A stretch of 64,000 bases of DNA from Octopus vulgaris (GCA_951406725.2 OX597838.1:18166001-18230000), one strand, 5' to 3'; positions 26,159-40,310 are shown, numbered from the stretch's first letter. Numbers and translations: made by a program. The notes: a model not told the origin generated them from the sequence alone.

Positions 26159-26464
26159 GTGGAGGACATGGCCTAGTGGTTAGAGCAGCGGACACGCGGT
26201 CGAGGGATCGCGGGTTCGAATCACAGACCGGGCGATGTGTGTGTTTATGAGCGAAACACCTAAGCTCCACGCAGCTCCGGCAGAAGGTAATGGCTAACGT
26301 CTGCTGACTCTTTCTCCACAACTTTCTCTCACTCTTTCCTTCTGCAATCTTGCAGCTCACCTGCGACGGACCGGCGTCCCGTCCAGGTGGGGAACCCATA
26401 GGCCAAGGAAACCGGGAAGCCGGCCCTTATGAGCCGGGCATGGCTCGAGAAGGAACAAACAATC
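26159..26464 (+). mobile_element. tRNA-derived SINE: head + middle X + tail T2, 11-bp TSD
   Basis: A box tggcctagtgg, B box ggttcgaatc; TSD gtaggatatgt at 26148-26158 and 26465-26475. Confidence 0.9.
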
Positions 26465-26728
26465 GTAGGATATGTACCTATGTATAACTTTCTGCTGGTA
26501 CGATAAGCATTTATCCTTGACGCCTCTGTTTAAATAAGTCAGTCCAGTCGGGTTTGGTTTGGTTCACAAGGAACCACCTGGTCAGGAATTGTCTGCCTCG
26601 TCTCATGATGCTATTATATTTGATATAATAGATGGCTGATATATGTACGACCGTGCGTCTTCAGCAAAAAAATGTTTACCTTGTTGTGTATAAGAGACAG
26701 TGTGATTAAACCAAATGTTCTAATTTCT

Positions 26729-27122
26729 TCTTCTTCTTAAGCACTCCATCGGTTACGACGACGAGGGTTCCGGTTGATCCGAATCAACGGAACAGCCTGC
26801 TCGTGAAATTAACGTGTAAGTGGCTGAGCACTCCACAGACACGTGCACCCTTAACGTAGTTCTCGGGGAGATTCAGCGTGACACAGAGAGTGGCAAGGCC
26901 GGCCCCTTTGAAATACAGGTACAACAGAAACAGGAAGTAAGAGTGGGAGAAAGTTGTGGTGAAAGAGTACAGCAGGGATCACCACCATCCCCTGCCGGAG
27001 CCTCGTGGAGGTTTTAGGTGTTTTCGCTTAATAAACACTCACAACGCCCGGTCTGGGAATCGAAACCGCGATCCTATGACCGCGAGTCCGCTGCCCTAAC
27101 CACTGGGCCATTGCGCCTCCAC
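26729..27122 (-). mobile_element. tRNA-derived SINE: head + middle X + tail T1, (AAG)n end
   Basis: TSD gtt(c/t)taatttct at 26717-26728 and 27123-27134; 3' hairpin gttcc.gttgat-ccga-atcaac.ggaac. Confidence 0.9.
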
Positions 27123-27290
27123 GTTTTAATTTCTACGGCTAGAAAAGATTGGTCTGATGTGTCTGTATTTATTACAACCTTCTCAGGGATCGTTTGTTCG
27201 TTAACGTTTTCAACGCTCTCATGCTTATATATAAAGGCACAGTATTTTAGTTCAGTCAAACTTCGAAAGCCGTGGGCCGCTAGAAGTTAT

Positions 27291-27695
27291 TCTTTACTCT
27301 CTTTTACTCTTTTACTTGTTTCAGTCATTAGACTGCGGCCATGCTGGAGCACCGCCTTTAGTCGAGCAATCGACCCCGGACTTATTCTTTGTAAGCCCAG
27401 TACTTATTCTGTCGGTTTCTTTTGCCGAACCGCTAAGTGACAGGGACGTAAACACACCAGCATCGGTTGTCAAGCAATGCTAGGGGGACAAACACAGACA
27501 CACAAACACATATATATATATATACATATATACGACGGGCTTCTTTCAGTTTCCGTCTACCAAATCCACTCACAAGGCATTGGTCGGCCCGGAGCTATAG
27601 TAGAAGACACTTGCTCAAGGTGCCACACAGTGGGACTGAACCCGGAATCATGTGGTTGTTTAGCAAGCTACTTACCACACAGCCACTCCTGCGCC
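27291..27695 (-). mobile_element. SINE family A
   Basis: Full-length reverse match. Confidence 0.9.
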
Positions 27696-27800
27696 TATAT
27701 AGCCACTCCTGCGCCTATATGGCCGCTCCTGCGCCTATATGGCCACTCCTGCGCCTATATGGCCACTCCTGCGCCTATATGGCCACTCCTGCGCCTATAG
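27681..27800. repeat. 6 x 20-bp tandem repeat (rgccactcctgcgcctatat) of the SINE A 5' terminus
   Basis: Units start at 27681, 27701, 27721, 27741, 27761 and 27781. Confidence 0.95.
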
Positions 27801-27819
27801 TATTTATGTTTATTTACAG

Positions 27820-28147
27820 TGAATGCGCATGGCTTAGTGGTTACGGGATTCGGCTCGCGATCGTAAGGTCGTGAGTTCGATTCCCGGCGCCGCGTTGTGT
27901 CCCCGAGCAAGACAATTTATTCCACGTTGATCTAGTCCACTCAGCTGGTAAACATCAGTTGTACCTGTAATACAAAGGGGGCCAGCCTTGTCACATTCTG
28001 TGCTACGCTGAAGCTCCCCGAGAACCACATTAACGTAGAGTACACGTATCTGTGAAGTTCTCAATCACCTGCACGTTAATTTCACGAACAGGCAGTTCTG
28101 TTGATCGGATCAAATGAAACAGTCATCGTCGTTACCGACGGAGGACC
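27820..28147 (+). mobile_element. tRNA-derived SINE: head + middle Y + tail T1
   Basis: tggcttagtgg...gagttcgattcc; gagcaagacaa..ttccacgttg.tc.agtccactcagctgg; then the gttgtacctgta...ccgacggag tail as in 26729-26925. Confidence 0.85.
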
Positions 28148-28261
28148 AATTCCCGTTTATTTTTCCATGATTATCTCCAAGTAAACTCCTTAATTAATTT
28201 TAAATATATGAGACAGCTGAAGGACTGTTTGGCGACGTTCCTCATAAATAAGTTCATATAT

Positions 28262-28460
28262 TTTTCTCTACACCTTTCGCTGTTTTGCCAATGATTGGCT
28301 GTTCTGGACTCTTATCAACTTCAACTGAGGCATGACTGGACTCTTGAAGAAGCACGTAACATATAAAATGTTGAGTGTTTCCATAACAGTTTTGCTGAGC
28401 TTCATGCATAATTTGATGCAAGCAGGTTGCTCGAATTTCTTACCCTGTTTAAAAATCACG
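28262..28460 (-). pseudogene. Mariner transposase N-terminal fragment
   Basis: FEQPACIKLCMKLSKTVMETLNIL resembles the EQRxCIKFCxKLGKxAxET start of mariner transposases. Confidence 0.55.
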
Positions 28461-29201
28461 GAAATACTTTAATACAACACTTAGAAAAAAGGTAAGTTGA
28501 ACAAGATAGCATGAAGTGTGCTGTAGACTGATTCAGTAGGCTGGTTATCTGTGGCTCACGCATTTCCGTTGGATGATTCAATCACAGCATGCGCAACCCG
28601 GAAACCAAATAACACTTCACACACGGAACCCACGCAGCGCCATATACACAGATACAGAGTTAAACAAAGCTCTTTGACAACTCAGACGTACCTACCTGCT
28701 GCGTTCTTTCAGATAATAAAATCTAAACTAGCAGCCATTTTAGATTTCACCTCAGTATGTATGTATGTATGTATGTATGTATGTATGTATGTATGTATGT
28801 ATGTATGTATGTATGTATGTATGTGTGTGTGTGTATATGTGTACGTGTGTGCGTGTGTATACGTATATATTATATTTAGAAATTTATATGAATATTGTTG
28901 CATATTAATGATCTGTAATCTAATTTTCAACAAATATAATTTCTAATAAGAGCCTTATTTATTGTTTGCAATTCTCGATTTTACTTTGTAGCTACATTAT
29001 ATCATAATTAGTAACTATATTAGATATTTGTAGTATATATTAAATATTCATGATTCCATATATAGAAATGTATTTATATTTACATCGCGAGCAATGGTGT
29101 TGTAAGAGAAACTCGCCACAAAACCACACTGATAACAATACGAGCAAGAATCCCTCGTTAATTTTAATTCTGCATTGCTACCCTTCTTATCTATCTATCT
29201 A

Positions 29202-29280
<79 letters not shown>

Positions 29281-29282
<2 letters not shown>

Positions 29283-29394
29283 CTTCTTCCCTTCTTTCCT
29301 GAGCGCCCAATAATACTTTATTTGTTCCACATCCTCGCGTTGTTGTTTTTTTTGTTTTCTTGTTTTGTTTTCTTTTTGTTTTCTTGTTTGGATT

Positions 29395-29397
<3 letters not shown>
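29281..29397 (+). mobile_element. Family F Penelope-like element, 3' fragment
   Basis: Matches 35611-35708 and ends tggattaact next to a microsatellite. Confidence 0.65.
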
Positions 29398-29476
<79 letters not shown>

Positions 29477-29477
29477 A

Positions 29478-29647
29478 GGGAAAGTTTACGAAAAAAAACA
29501 AAAGACGAAGACAGGTGGTGTACGAAACAAACAGATGTATTAGTATAGCGCTCAGGAATAGAAAGAGCCTTTTACGTTTCGAGCCTATGCTCTTCTACAG
29601 AAAGGTACACAGAAAAAACAAGGAGAGAAAAAAATGTGTGTTGTGGC
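29478..29647 (-). mobile_element. Family E Penelope-like element, hammerhead-like fold at 29568-29605
   Basis: Homologous to 5751-5930; abuts (TA)n. Confidence 0.6.
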
Positions 29648-29654
29648 TTCTTTC

Positions 29655-30079
29655 CTTCTTTTGCTTGTTTCAGTCATTAGACTGTGATTATGCTAAGGCA
29701 CCACCTTGGAGAACTGTAATAGAATGAATCGATCCCAGCACTTTGTTTTTAAAGCCTTGCACTTATTCTATCTGTCTGTTTTTCCGAACTGCTAAGTTAC
29801 TGGAACGTACACGCACCAACACTAGTTGGGGGTGGGGGAGAAGCATAGATACACACGGACATACATGCACTCATATATACAAACACGTGCGCGCGCACAC
29901 ATACATATACACATATCTACGAGAGCTTCTTTCAGTTTCCGTCTACCAAATCCACTCGCAAAGGTTTAGTCGGCCCGAGGTTATAGTAGAAGACACTTGC
30001 CCAAGGTGCCACGCAGTGGGACTGAACCCGGAACCATGTGGTTAGGAAGCAAGCTTCTTTCTACACAACCACTCCTGCA
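29655..30079 (-). mobile_element. SINE family A (diverged tail)
   Basis: Reverse match with conserved head. Confidence 0.85.
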
Positions 30080-30125
30080 TCTCTCTTTCTGATATATAAA
30101 TATATACACATATATACATATATAC

Positions 30126-30243
<118 letters not shown>

Positions 30244-30830
30244 CAAAATGGAACAAGAACGCAAAACATCCAGATAGACGATACAAAGAAAACAAGGACG
30301 AGTCATTCGAAGTTTTCCTTCCTCATATATATATGTATATATATACACACACATATATATATATATATTCATACATACATATACACACACATGTGCTAGC
30401 GATTTTCATTACCATAATATCTTTTTGTCTTTCTTTTTAAGTAATGAACGGATGGTATATAAAGCGCTTTATCGTTTCAATATCATCCATATTAATATGG
30501 ACGTAATGATGTTAATGACCGATAATATCATCGATTCTCAATCCCTGTTGAGAAATTAAGATCGTATCATGTTTTGATAAATGTAATAATAACAGAAACA
30601 TAATGTTAGTTTAGAGAGATATTGATATCTATATATATATATATGTATTACATTCGTATGTATGTATGTATGTATGTATGTATGTATGTATGTATGTATG
30701 TATGTATGTATGTATGTATGAGGCGTGTATATTTATATGTATATATGCTTGTATGCATGTTGTTTTATAAATACATATACATATATAATATATATATATA
30801 TGTATATATATCTCTTCATATGTCTATATC

Positions 30831-30862
<32 letters not shown>

Positions 30863-30986
30863 TGTATGTATGTATGTATGTATGTATGTATGCATGCATG
30901 CATGCATGTATGTATGTATGTATGTATGCATGTATGTATGTATGTATGTATGTATGTATGTATATATGTATGTATATTACATACAT

Positions 30987-31283
30987 GTGGAGGCGCAATG
31001 GCCAAGTGGTTAGGGCAGCGGACTCGCGGTCGGAGGATCGCAGTTTCGATTCCTAGATCGGGCGTTGTGTGCGTTAATTGAGCGAAAATATCTAAAGGCT
31101 CCACGAGGCTCCGGCAGGGGGTGGTGGCGACCCCTGTTGTACTCTTTCGCCCCAACTTTCTCTCACTCTCTCTTCCTGTTTCTTGAGTGCGATGGACTGG
31201 CGTCCCGTCCAGCTAGGGGAACACATACGCCACAGAAACCGGGAAACCTGGCCCATGAGCCTGGTTAGGCTTGAAAAGAGCAT
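30987..31283 (+). mobile_element. tRNA-derived SINE: head + middle X + tail T2
   Basis: Head and middle as 26930-27122; tail as 22770-22870. Confidence 0.88.
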
Positions 31284-32244
31284 ATAAATAAAAAAAATTA
31301 CACACACACACATATATATATGTATATACATACATACATACATACATACATACATACATACATACACACATACATACATACATACATACATACATACATA
31401 ATACATACATACACACACATACATACATACATACATACACACACACATACATACATACATGCATACATACACACATACTTACATATATATATACATACAT
31501 TCCCCCATACATACATACATACATGCATACATACACACATACATACATACATACATACATACATACATACATACATACATACATACATACATACATACAT
31601 ACATAAATACATACATACACACATACATACATACATACATACATACACACACACATACATACATACATACATACATACATACATACATACATACATACAT
31701 ACATACACACATACATACATACATACATACATACATACATACATACATACATACATACATACATACATACATACATACATACATACATACATACAAGTAG
31801 GCGTGTTGTGATGACAGGTTAACATGGTTTTATATCAGTAAATATAAAAAGTTAGATCAATCTCACAAGCTATTTGCTTCGTGAAATTTTCACCTGAGAC
31901 TGATTACCCACCTTTTGTAATTGATCATTTTCGCATAGTTATTTAGCGTATACGAACTGGGACCGAGGTGAACTGGGTTGCCCAATTTGCATAACACTGC
32001 TTGAGTTGAGGATGAAGATTATTCAAACGTGCGCAACACGTTTTGTTATATACCGAACCGAAGATTATATATATATATATATATACTAAGTAATTAAGGG
32101 TTTAGCAACGATTTGCCTTACCACACACCGAATTTAGAAATAGCGGTCAAAGAGTTATAGCTATTCTTTCTACTAAAAGGGAGATCTCAGTAAAACCACA
32201 GCACTTGAAAGGCAAACACTTGAAAGGCAAACATATATATTTAG

Positions 32245-32507
32245 TGGAAGCGCTCCGTCGGTTACGACGACGAGGGTTCCGGTTGATCCGAATCAACGGA
32301 ACAGCCTGCTCGTGAAATTAACGTGTAAGTGGCTGAGCACTCCACAGACACGTGTACCCTTAACGTAGTTCTCGGGGATATTCAGCGTGACACAGAGAGT
32401 GACAAGGCCGGCCCTTTGAAATACAGGTACAACAGAAACAGGAAGTAAGAGTGAGAGAAAGTTGCGGTGAAAGAGTACAGCAGGGATCACCACCATCCCT
32501 GCCGGAG
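32245..32507 (-). mobile_element. SINE (X + T1), 5'-truncated
   Basis: Near-identical to 26740-27000. Confidence 0.88.
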
Positions 32508-32509
32508 CC

Positions 32510-32690
32510 AAATAAGCAGGTTATGTTTTCATCGGCGTTGGTTTGTCTGTTTGTCTTTCTGTGTGCAAAATAACTCAAAAAGTTGTGAGCGGTATTTGAT
32601 GAAACTTGCAGGAAAAATTGATAATGACACAAAGAACAGAAGAAAAAATTTTGGTAGTGATCCGCGAGTTTTTCTGGATTCTTGAAAGAT
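32510..32690. mobile_element. Helentron/HINE-like non-autonomous element fragment
   Basis: aggttatgttttcatcggcgttggtttgtctgtttgtc...tgatgaaacttg...ttttggtagtgatccg; same layout as 43372-43690. Confidence 0.4.
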
Positions 32691-32899
32691 TTGTAATATG
32701 TTATGTTTACTTTACATGAAGTATTACAAGGCTACGTTCTTCGAAGTCTTCCTTTGATTATCTCCACATTTCTTCACTTCACTGAGGAAAAGATTACATT
32801 GTTTTACACCATTTTATTCCTTTGGAAAAATATCTGTGATATCTTCGAAACATGTGTCGGAGTAAAAGTATTTGAATTACACTTGCGTTAAATTCCATT

Positions 32900-32978
<79 letters not shown>

Positions 32979-33026
32979 GTGTATGTATGTATGTATGTAT
33001 ATCCTATTAAAATTTCCCGAAAAAAC

Positions 33027-33065
<39 letters not shown>

Positions 33066-33113
33066 GTATTATTGTTTGTCAATTGTGACCTTATACTTAA
33101 CACAACTCTAAGA

Positions 33114-33146
<33 letters not shown>

Positions 33147-33988
33147 CACGCACACACACACACATACACACACATACAATTCCTTTTCTGAAATTTACAT
33201 ACACACAAATCTAAAATAGGAATTTTAAAAAATCACACAATTATCTTCACACAAATTCTAATTATCTAGCACTTATATTACACTAAGAGGATATTAACTT
33301 CAATCTATTTCTCTATTTAACCAACCACTTAAAATAACTTCAAGGTATTTTTTCACTGACCTATATTCCTGAAATCTTTTCCCCTCCTCTCTCAAACATA
33401 ATGTTTTACTTATCTGCTGACTTATTTCGTCTCCGTTCTACCATAAATTATTTCATTAGTTTCTGCCATTAAAGAATATATGAAATATTCGTTTGATTGT
33501 AATTTTTACTACAGAAGTAGACTAGCTACTCACACATTGCTTTCGTCACATAAGGCCTTTTCTCTTTTCGCCTGTACACTCACGCACACAGATATATTAT
33601 CTATAATACATTAAAAATGAAGTTCAGTCTTGCTTGCAATGTTACACAGCCAAACTGGTGCATAATGGGAAAATACCTTGAAAGTAAATGCCCCTGAAAT
33701 GTGAATATAAACAGAATAAATTAACAAGTTTCGCGTAAATCGGACCAGTGGTTATTGAGGTCTTCGGGATTTTGAGGTATAAATACCCAAAACTGTGCAT
33801 AATGGGAAAATACTCCGAAAATAACTTAACCCTGAAAGGGAAAAAGTTCTAACCTCCTCATTAATTACATTATGATGGGCAAAAAATCTAAAGTGAAAAT
33901 GACTTTAAAAATACAGTAAATATTTCGTAAAATACGGTAAATATTTCGTAACCTCTGTTGGAAATAGTTTTTTCCATAGGTTTCTTAT

Positions 33989-34268
33989 AGTGAATTTAGT
34001 AGACGGAAACTGAAAGAAGCACGTCATATATATGTATATATGTACATGTATGTGTGTGTATATCTTTGTGTGTCTGTGTTTGTCCCCCCAACATCGCTTG
34101 ACAACCGATGCTGGTGTGTTTACGTCCCCGTAACTTAGCAGTTCGGCAAAAGGGACCGATAGAATAAGTACTAGGCTTACAAAGAATAAGTCCGATTTGC
34201 TCGACGAAAGGCGGTGCTCCAGCATGGCCACAGTCTACTGACTGAAACACGTAAGAGAGTAAAAGAGT
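33989..34268 (+). mobile_element. SINE family A, 5'-truncated
   Basis: Match from gtgaattt.gtagacggaaac to the tail. Confidence 0.85.
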
Positions 34269-34600
34269 ATATGTATGTGTATGTAAGAGTATATGTATGT
34301 GTATGTACATGTATGTATCATGTATATACATATCTGTGTGTGTGTGTGTGTGTGTGTGTGAGTGTGTGTGTATTTTTGTGCATATTTGTATGTGCAGTTT
34401 CTCTGTGGTCAAACTATGAGTACTTAAAGAATCATTGTTAAAAGATAAAGCCAGTCTCCTCTACCCCACATCTTTCGAAAGACCCCAAACAAATTGTACA
34501 AAGGACTTACGCATATTTTTGACTCGCAAGCATTTGCTTGCATACCGCAGCGACAGCTAAAATTACTGAAATAAACGACACTCTAGCGTAGATTCCTATT

Positions 34601-34663
<63 letters not shown>

Positions 34664-35222
34664 ACACACACACACACACACGAACACACGTATCTTAAAT
34701 TCGAAGATTTATATGTGGGCGACATGGAATGCCTCTTGAAGAACAGGAAATTTCTAAAATTTACTCCTACTGATTTGTAGGTGTCCTTTTGTGGGGAAAA
34801 AAATTTTAGAAGAATTTCTGCTACAAAACCTGGAGTGAAAATAGTTTGTCATTCCGTTCTTGCATGTCACTGAATATTTATCGCTACATTTTCGTGGGCG
34901 GCATAATTGCCAACAAGTCTATGATACAGAAATACTATAGTGCCTTAAATGTATGAAACAGTAAATCATCTTAGAAGCGTACATATGCATGTATATACAC
35001 ACACATAACACCCTGAAGAGATTCCCACCCACGAACAATGGATTTTTATAATTTTATTATGGGTAAGAAGCGAAACAATTGTAATTTGTAATTAATATTT
35101 ATAATTTATCATATTATATTGTATTATTATAAGAATATAATATATTATCTTAATACATTTTAATTGCTGGATTGGCAATTGTATATCTCCATTTTCTATT
35201 CATTTATATATATATATATATA

Positions 35223-35360
35223 TTCTCTTTTACTTGTTTCAGTCATTTGACTGCGGCCATGCTGGAGCACCGCCTTTAGTCGAGCAAATCTACGCCAGGA
35301 CTTATTCTTTCTAAGCCTAATACTTGCGATGTTGGGGGAACAAACACAGACACACAAACA
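35223..35360 (-). mobile_element. SINE family A, 3' part with internal deletion
   Basis: Tail match. Confidence 0.8.
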
Positions 35361-35369
35361 TATACACAC

Positions 35370-35402
<33 letters not shown>

Positions 35403-35454
35403 CATACATGCATATATATATATATATGTATATGTATATATATGTATATGTATT

Positions 35455-35496
<42 letters not shown>

Positions 35497-35503
35497 TATA
35501 TAT

Positions 35504-35704
35504 GTGACCTCGTGAGTACCGCTGGCGATTTTTTTCCTTTATCTTCCTTTCTCGGGATCTTTCCTTCTCCTATGTTTCCGACGAAGAGCTCCGCTCGAAA
35601 CGTTAAACCCTCCTTCTTCCCTTCTTTCCTGAGCGTCCAATAATACTTTATTTGTTCCACGTCCTCGCGTTGTTGTGTTTTTTTTTGTGTTTTCTTGTTT
35701 GGAT

Positions 35705-35708
<4 letters not shown>
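35504..35708 (+). mobile_element. Family F Penelope-like element, hammerhead-like fold at 35574-35608
   Basis: About 205 bp between (TA)n tracts; colinear with 59002-59208. Confidence 0.65.
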
Positions 35709-35763
<55 letters not shown>

Positions 35764-36047
35764 CAAGTTAAAAATAATGGTCATTACATATTTTCTCTTT
35801 ACTGGAGCAAGTTTGGCTTACAGCTGTTTCCGGTAGTCATTCATTATAGGTACATTACCCTGTGTAAAAACCGGTTTGTCTGGAGCCCATCGAAGGATTT
35901 ACAATATAGAATTGTGATGAACCATAACCTTGGACCCTGCCACAAAAATACCTGGAGTTCTTCATTAACCTAAATAATATTTTTAGCCTGGTCTGCCAAC
36001 AGAGAGCCTATGAAGTATTTTGCCAGGAGTCATAATCCCCCACTATT

Positions 36048-36091
<44 letters not shown>

Positions 36092-36353
36092 TGAATTGTC
36101 TCCCGTAATTTTCCTTGCTATAATTTTATAATTACATTTATAAAGTTATATACCTCGTATCAATTTTTACCTTAATTGGTTTTACACGCTGGCTACTTGA
36201 TAATTGATAATATCTTATATAGATTGCATCCTTAATTTCAATTGTAATTCATATACACGTACATACATACATACATACACATATATATATATGTATGTGT
36301 AGTTAGACATGGCCTGGACCAATCATTGGTCGAAACATATCTAAGTTTATCTA

Positions 36354-36405
<52 letters not shown>

Positions 36406-36521
36406 CATATATATACACATACATATATATACACATACATATATTTATATATCTATATCTATATCTATATCTATATCTATATCTCTATATCTATCTATCT
36501 ATCTATATATATACGTATATA

Positions 36522-36576
<55 letters not shown>

Positions 36577-36577
36577 A

Positions 36578-36615
<38 letters not shown>

Positions 36616-36929
36616 GTAACTCAAATACCTAATATGTGTGCACTTTAAGACTATATATACTGGTTTTCTCCCCCAACCTCACAAATACCTATTTTAATTG
36701 GATTTTTAATTGGATTTCTCCTTCATTTCTCGACAAATTAAACTACAATAATTATTATTAATGAGTAATATTCCGTCACTGTTACTCCGCCTATGGAATC
36801 CTCACTCGGCACGATGTTCCGATATTCTAGAAACGACTGCTAAAGTTTATGTATACTTTTTTTATTCTTGTACATCTGAATTAAATGTCAACTCTTGCCA
36901 AAACGGTCTGCCTTTTCATTTCTGTTTTA

Positions 36930-37017
<88 letters not shown>

Positions 37018-37127
37018 GTCAGTCTGACTGTCTGTCTATCTATCTGTCTGTCTGACTGTCTGTGTATCTATCTGTCTGTCTGTCTGACTGACTGTCTGTG
37101 TATCTATCTGTCTGTCTATCTGTCTGA

Positions 37128-37201
<74 letters not shown>

Positions 37202-37241
37202 CATTCTATCTCTCTATCTATAAGTAGATAGACAAAGTAGA

Positions 37242-37343
<102 letters not shown>

Positions 37344-37747
37344 AAGATAGATAAATAGATAGATAGATAGATAGATAAACCCATACAAGGACGCAAACAT
37401 TCACGTACACACAACATGGAAACATGACCTCAACGACGATCAAATATTTACATTTTACAGTAATCCTAGCTATCCGCAAATAACGACTTATGGTTATTTA
37501 TTTATAGCCAATAAAAAGCTTATGATTTATTTAGCCCGCGATGCACCATTTCCTGCGGTCCTTTCACGTCAAGCAAAACCGGTTGTCATAAAAGTTTGAT
37601 GTATGGAATATCTGAGCAAGTGTTGGATTCACAGAAATAATAATTTATCAAGTGATGGTGATATAGTTACAAATTAATGTTTCATAAGTTTGTTTGTCGA
37701 AAGTGAAGCAGGGGGAAAGAAGAATATTAAAAGGAAGGGTGTTACAC

Positions 37748-38033
<286 letters not shown>

Positions 38034-38082
38034 ATGATATCTGAAACGTGTATGCACACAAACTATACGTTATATGTGGGAG

Positions 38083-38126
<44 letters not shown>

Positions 38127-38127
38127 C

Positions 38128-38177
<50 letters not shown>

Positions 38178-38653
38178 GCACAAACACAAACCCACATACA
38201 CACACACGCATGCATGCATACACACACATATATATATATGTACACATACACACCAGCACACACACCACACAAACGCACGCACACAAACGCGCATACACAC
38301 GTATATATATTTGTGTGTGTGTGTATGTGTGTGTGTGCGTGCGTGTTTATGTATGTGTGTGTATATACATAATTACACGCATTTGTGGATATGTGTATAC
38401 CATGCATGCATATACGTATATTTATTTCTCTCAATATACATGTGTATACATTAATTTACTATACCATATGTACATGTGTATGCATATCTGTGCTTGTGCA
38501 TGTGAGTGTGTGTGTGTGTATGTATGTATGTATATATATATATATATGCATAATACATATTCATATACACCGATCGATCTATGTATGTATATATGTATGT
38601 ATGTGTGTATGTATGCATGTATGTATGTATGTATGTATGTATGTATGTATGTA

Positions 38654-38757
<104 letters not shown>

Positions 38758-38831
38758 AACCTATCCCTCTATCTTTCTCTCTCTCTCTCTCTCTCTCTCC
38801 CTATCTATCTATCTATCTATCTATTTGTCGG

Positions 38832-38884
<53 letters not shown>

Positions 38885-39021
38885 ATATATATATATATAT
38901 ATATCTATATGCATATATATGTGTGCGTACGTGTGTGTATGTATGTAATGCTTGTCCACTCGCGACCAAGAAAGACTATCACAGACCATAAAGTACATAC
39001 ATCTATATGTACAGAGAGAGA

Positions 39022-39065
<44 letters not shown>

Positions 39066-39372
39066 GAGAAAGAAAGACACAGAGAGAGAAATTGGGAAGG
39101 TGAGTGAGAGTGAGAGAGGTAAGGAGAAAGAAAAAGATGGAGAAATGGGCACAAAGCAATCACAGATGTGACAAGACGGAACTACCGGAAAACTTCTCTT
39201 TCATCAGCTGTTCAACTAAGGAATGTGCAGTTTCGGCGTTAGAGACAGGATTGCTTCATCCTGCTACACGCCATTAACGCAAGAAAATTCACGAGGATTT
39301 ATTTGCTCCAAAGGATGCAAAGTGACAAATGCAAACCGAGGAAACAGAGTTCAATATGTCCTGGTGAGGTAT

Positions 39373-39584
39373 ACTCTTTTACTCTTTTACTTGTTTCAGT
39401 CATTTGACTGCGGCCATGCCGGATCACCGCCTTTAGTCGAGCAAATCGACCCCGGGACTTATTCTTTTTGTAAGCCCAGTACTTATTCTATCGGTCCCTT
39501 TTGCCGAACCGCTAAGTAACGGGGACGTAAACACACCATCATCGGTTGTCAAGCAATGCTAGGGGGACAAACACAGACACACAA

Positions 39585-39619
<35 letters not shown>

Positions 39620-39790
39620 CATATATACGACAGGCTTCTTTCAGTTTCCGTCTACCAAATCCACTCACAAGGCATTGGTCGGCCCGAGGCTATAGTAGAA
39701 GACACTTGCCCAAGGTGCCACGCAGTGGGACTGAACCCGGAACCATGTGGTTGGTTAGCAAGCTACTTACCACAGAGCCACTCCTGCGCC
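39373..39790 (-). mobile_element. SINE family A
   Basis: Full-length reverse match. Confidence 0.9.
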
Positions 39791-39805
39791 TATATATATA
39801 TATAT

Positions 39806-39884
<79 letters not shown>

Positions 39885-39885
39885 T

Positions 39886-40299
39886 AAGTGGTAAATATAC
39901 TTCACGGTGTTGCAGCTACTGTTTATACCTCACTCAGAGACTCATTATTGCTTGTTAACACTTTTTAGAGATCAATGACTGGAAAAAGTATAAATATTTA
40001 CATTGGGAACCACTTCACATCGACAACCGGTGATTGTCACACGCTGATGACGGATCAATACCCAGAAACTCGGGTCCGTGTGTATCATGTCAGGTTTGAG
40101 ATGGGAAGGATGGCTCCCCTTTGCAAATACTGATAGGGAACAGATAGTGTGTCAATAGCCAGCTGGAGGAGATGTCCTCCCGGGGCTACAAGCTACAGCA
40201 GCATCCACCCTTAAGGGTTAACCACATTTAAGTGGCAAATATACTTCACGATGTCGTGCAGCTATTGTTTATACCTCGCTCAGAGATTTATTATTGCTT
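39886..40299 (+). mobile_element. Penelope-like / retrozyme-like element with ~70-bp direct terminal repeat and internal hammerhead
   Basis: taagtgg(t/c)aaatatacttcacg...agcta(c/t)tgtttatacctc(a/g)ctcagaga...attattgctt at ~39886-39952 and ~40229-40299; flanked by (GATA)n and (TA)n. Confidence 0.7.
40038..40082 (+). ncRNA. Type-I hammerhead ribozyme with canonical core
   Basis: Stem I cacacg/cgtgtg (6/6), CUGAUGA, imperfect stem II (cggat-caat-accca), GAAAC-ucgg-GUC; predicted cleavage after 40076. Confidence 0.75.
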
Positions 40300-40310
40300 A
40301 TATATATATA

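Larger units (their letters stand above)
25930..27285 (-). pseudogene. Highly decayed Penelope-like (GIY-YIG) ORF remnant split by two SINE insertions
   Basis: After removing the SINEs, the minus strand gives SRRN*NIWFNH...GKHFF, KLYIGT and YHCRQRN in the order expected for PLE IIWFNPP, YIG and CRH motifs; many stops and frameshifts. Confidence 0.4.

Noticed and set aside
26159-26235. Genuine tRNA genes at SINE heads
   Set aside because: A and B boxes are present, but the heads run into SINE bodies with TSDs and lack a proper acceptor stem and terminator.
39209-39363. Possible exon between cag and gtgagg
   Set aside because: All three frames from the acceptor hit stops; no recognisable protein similarity.
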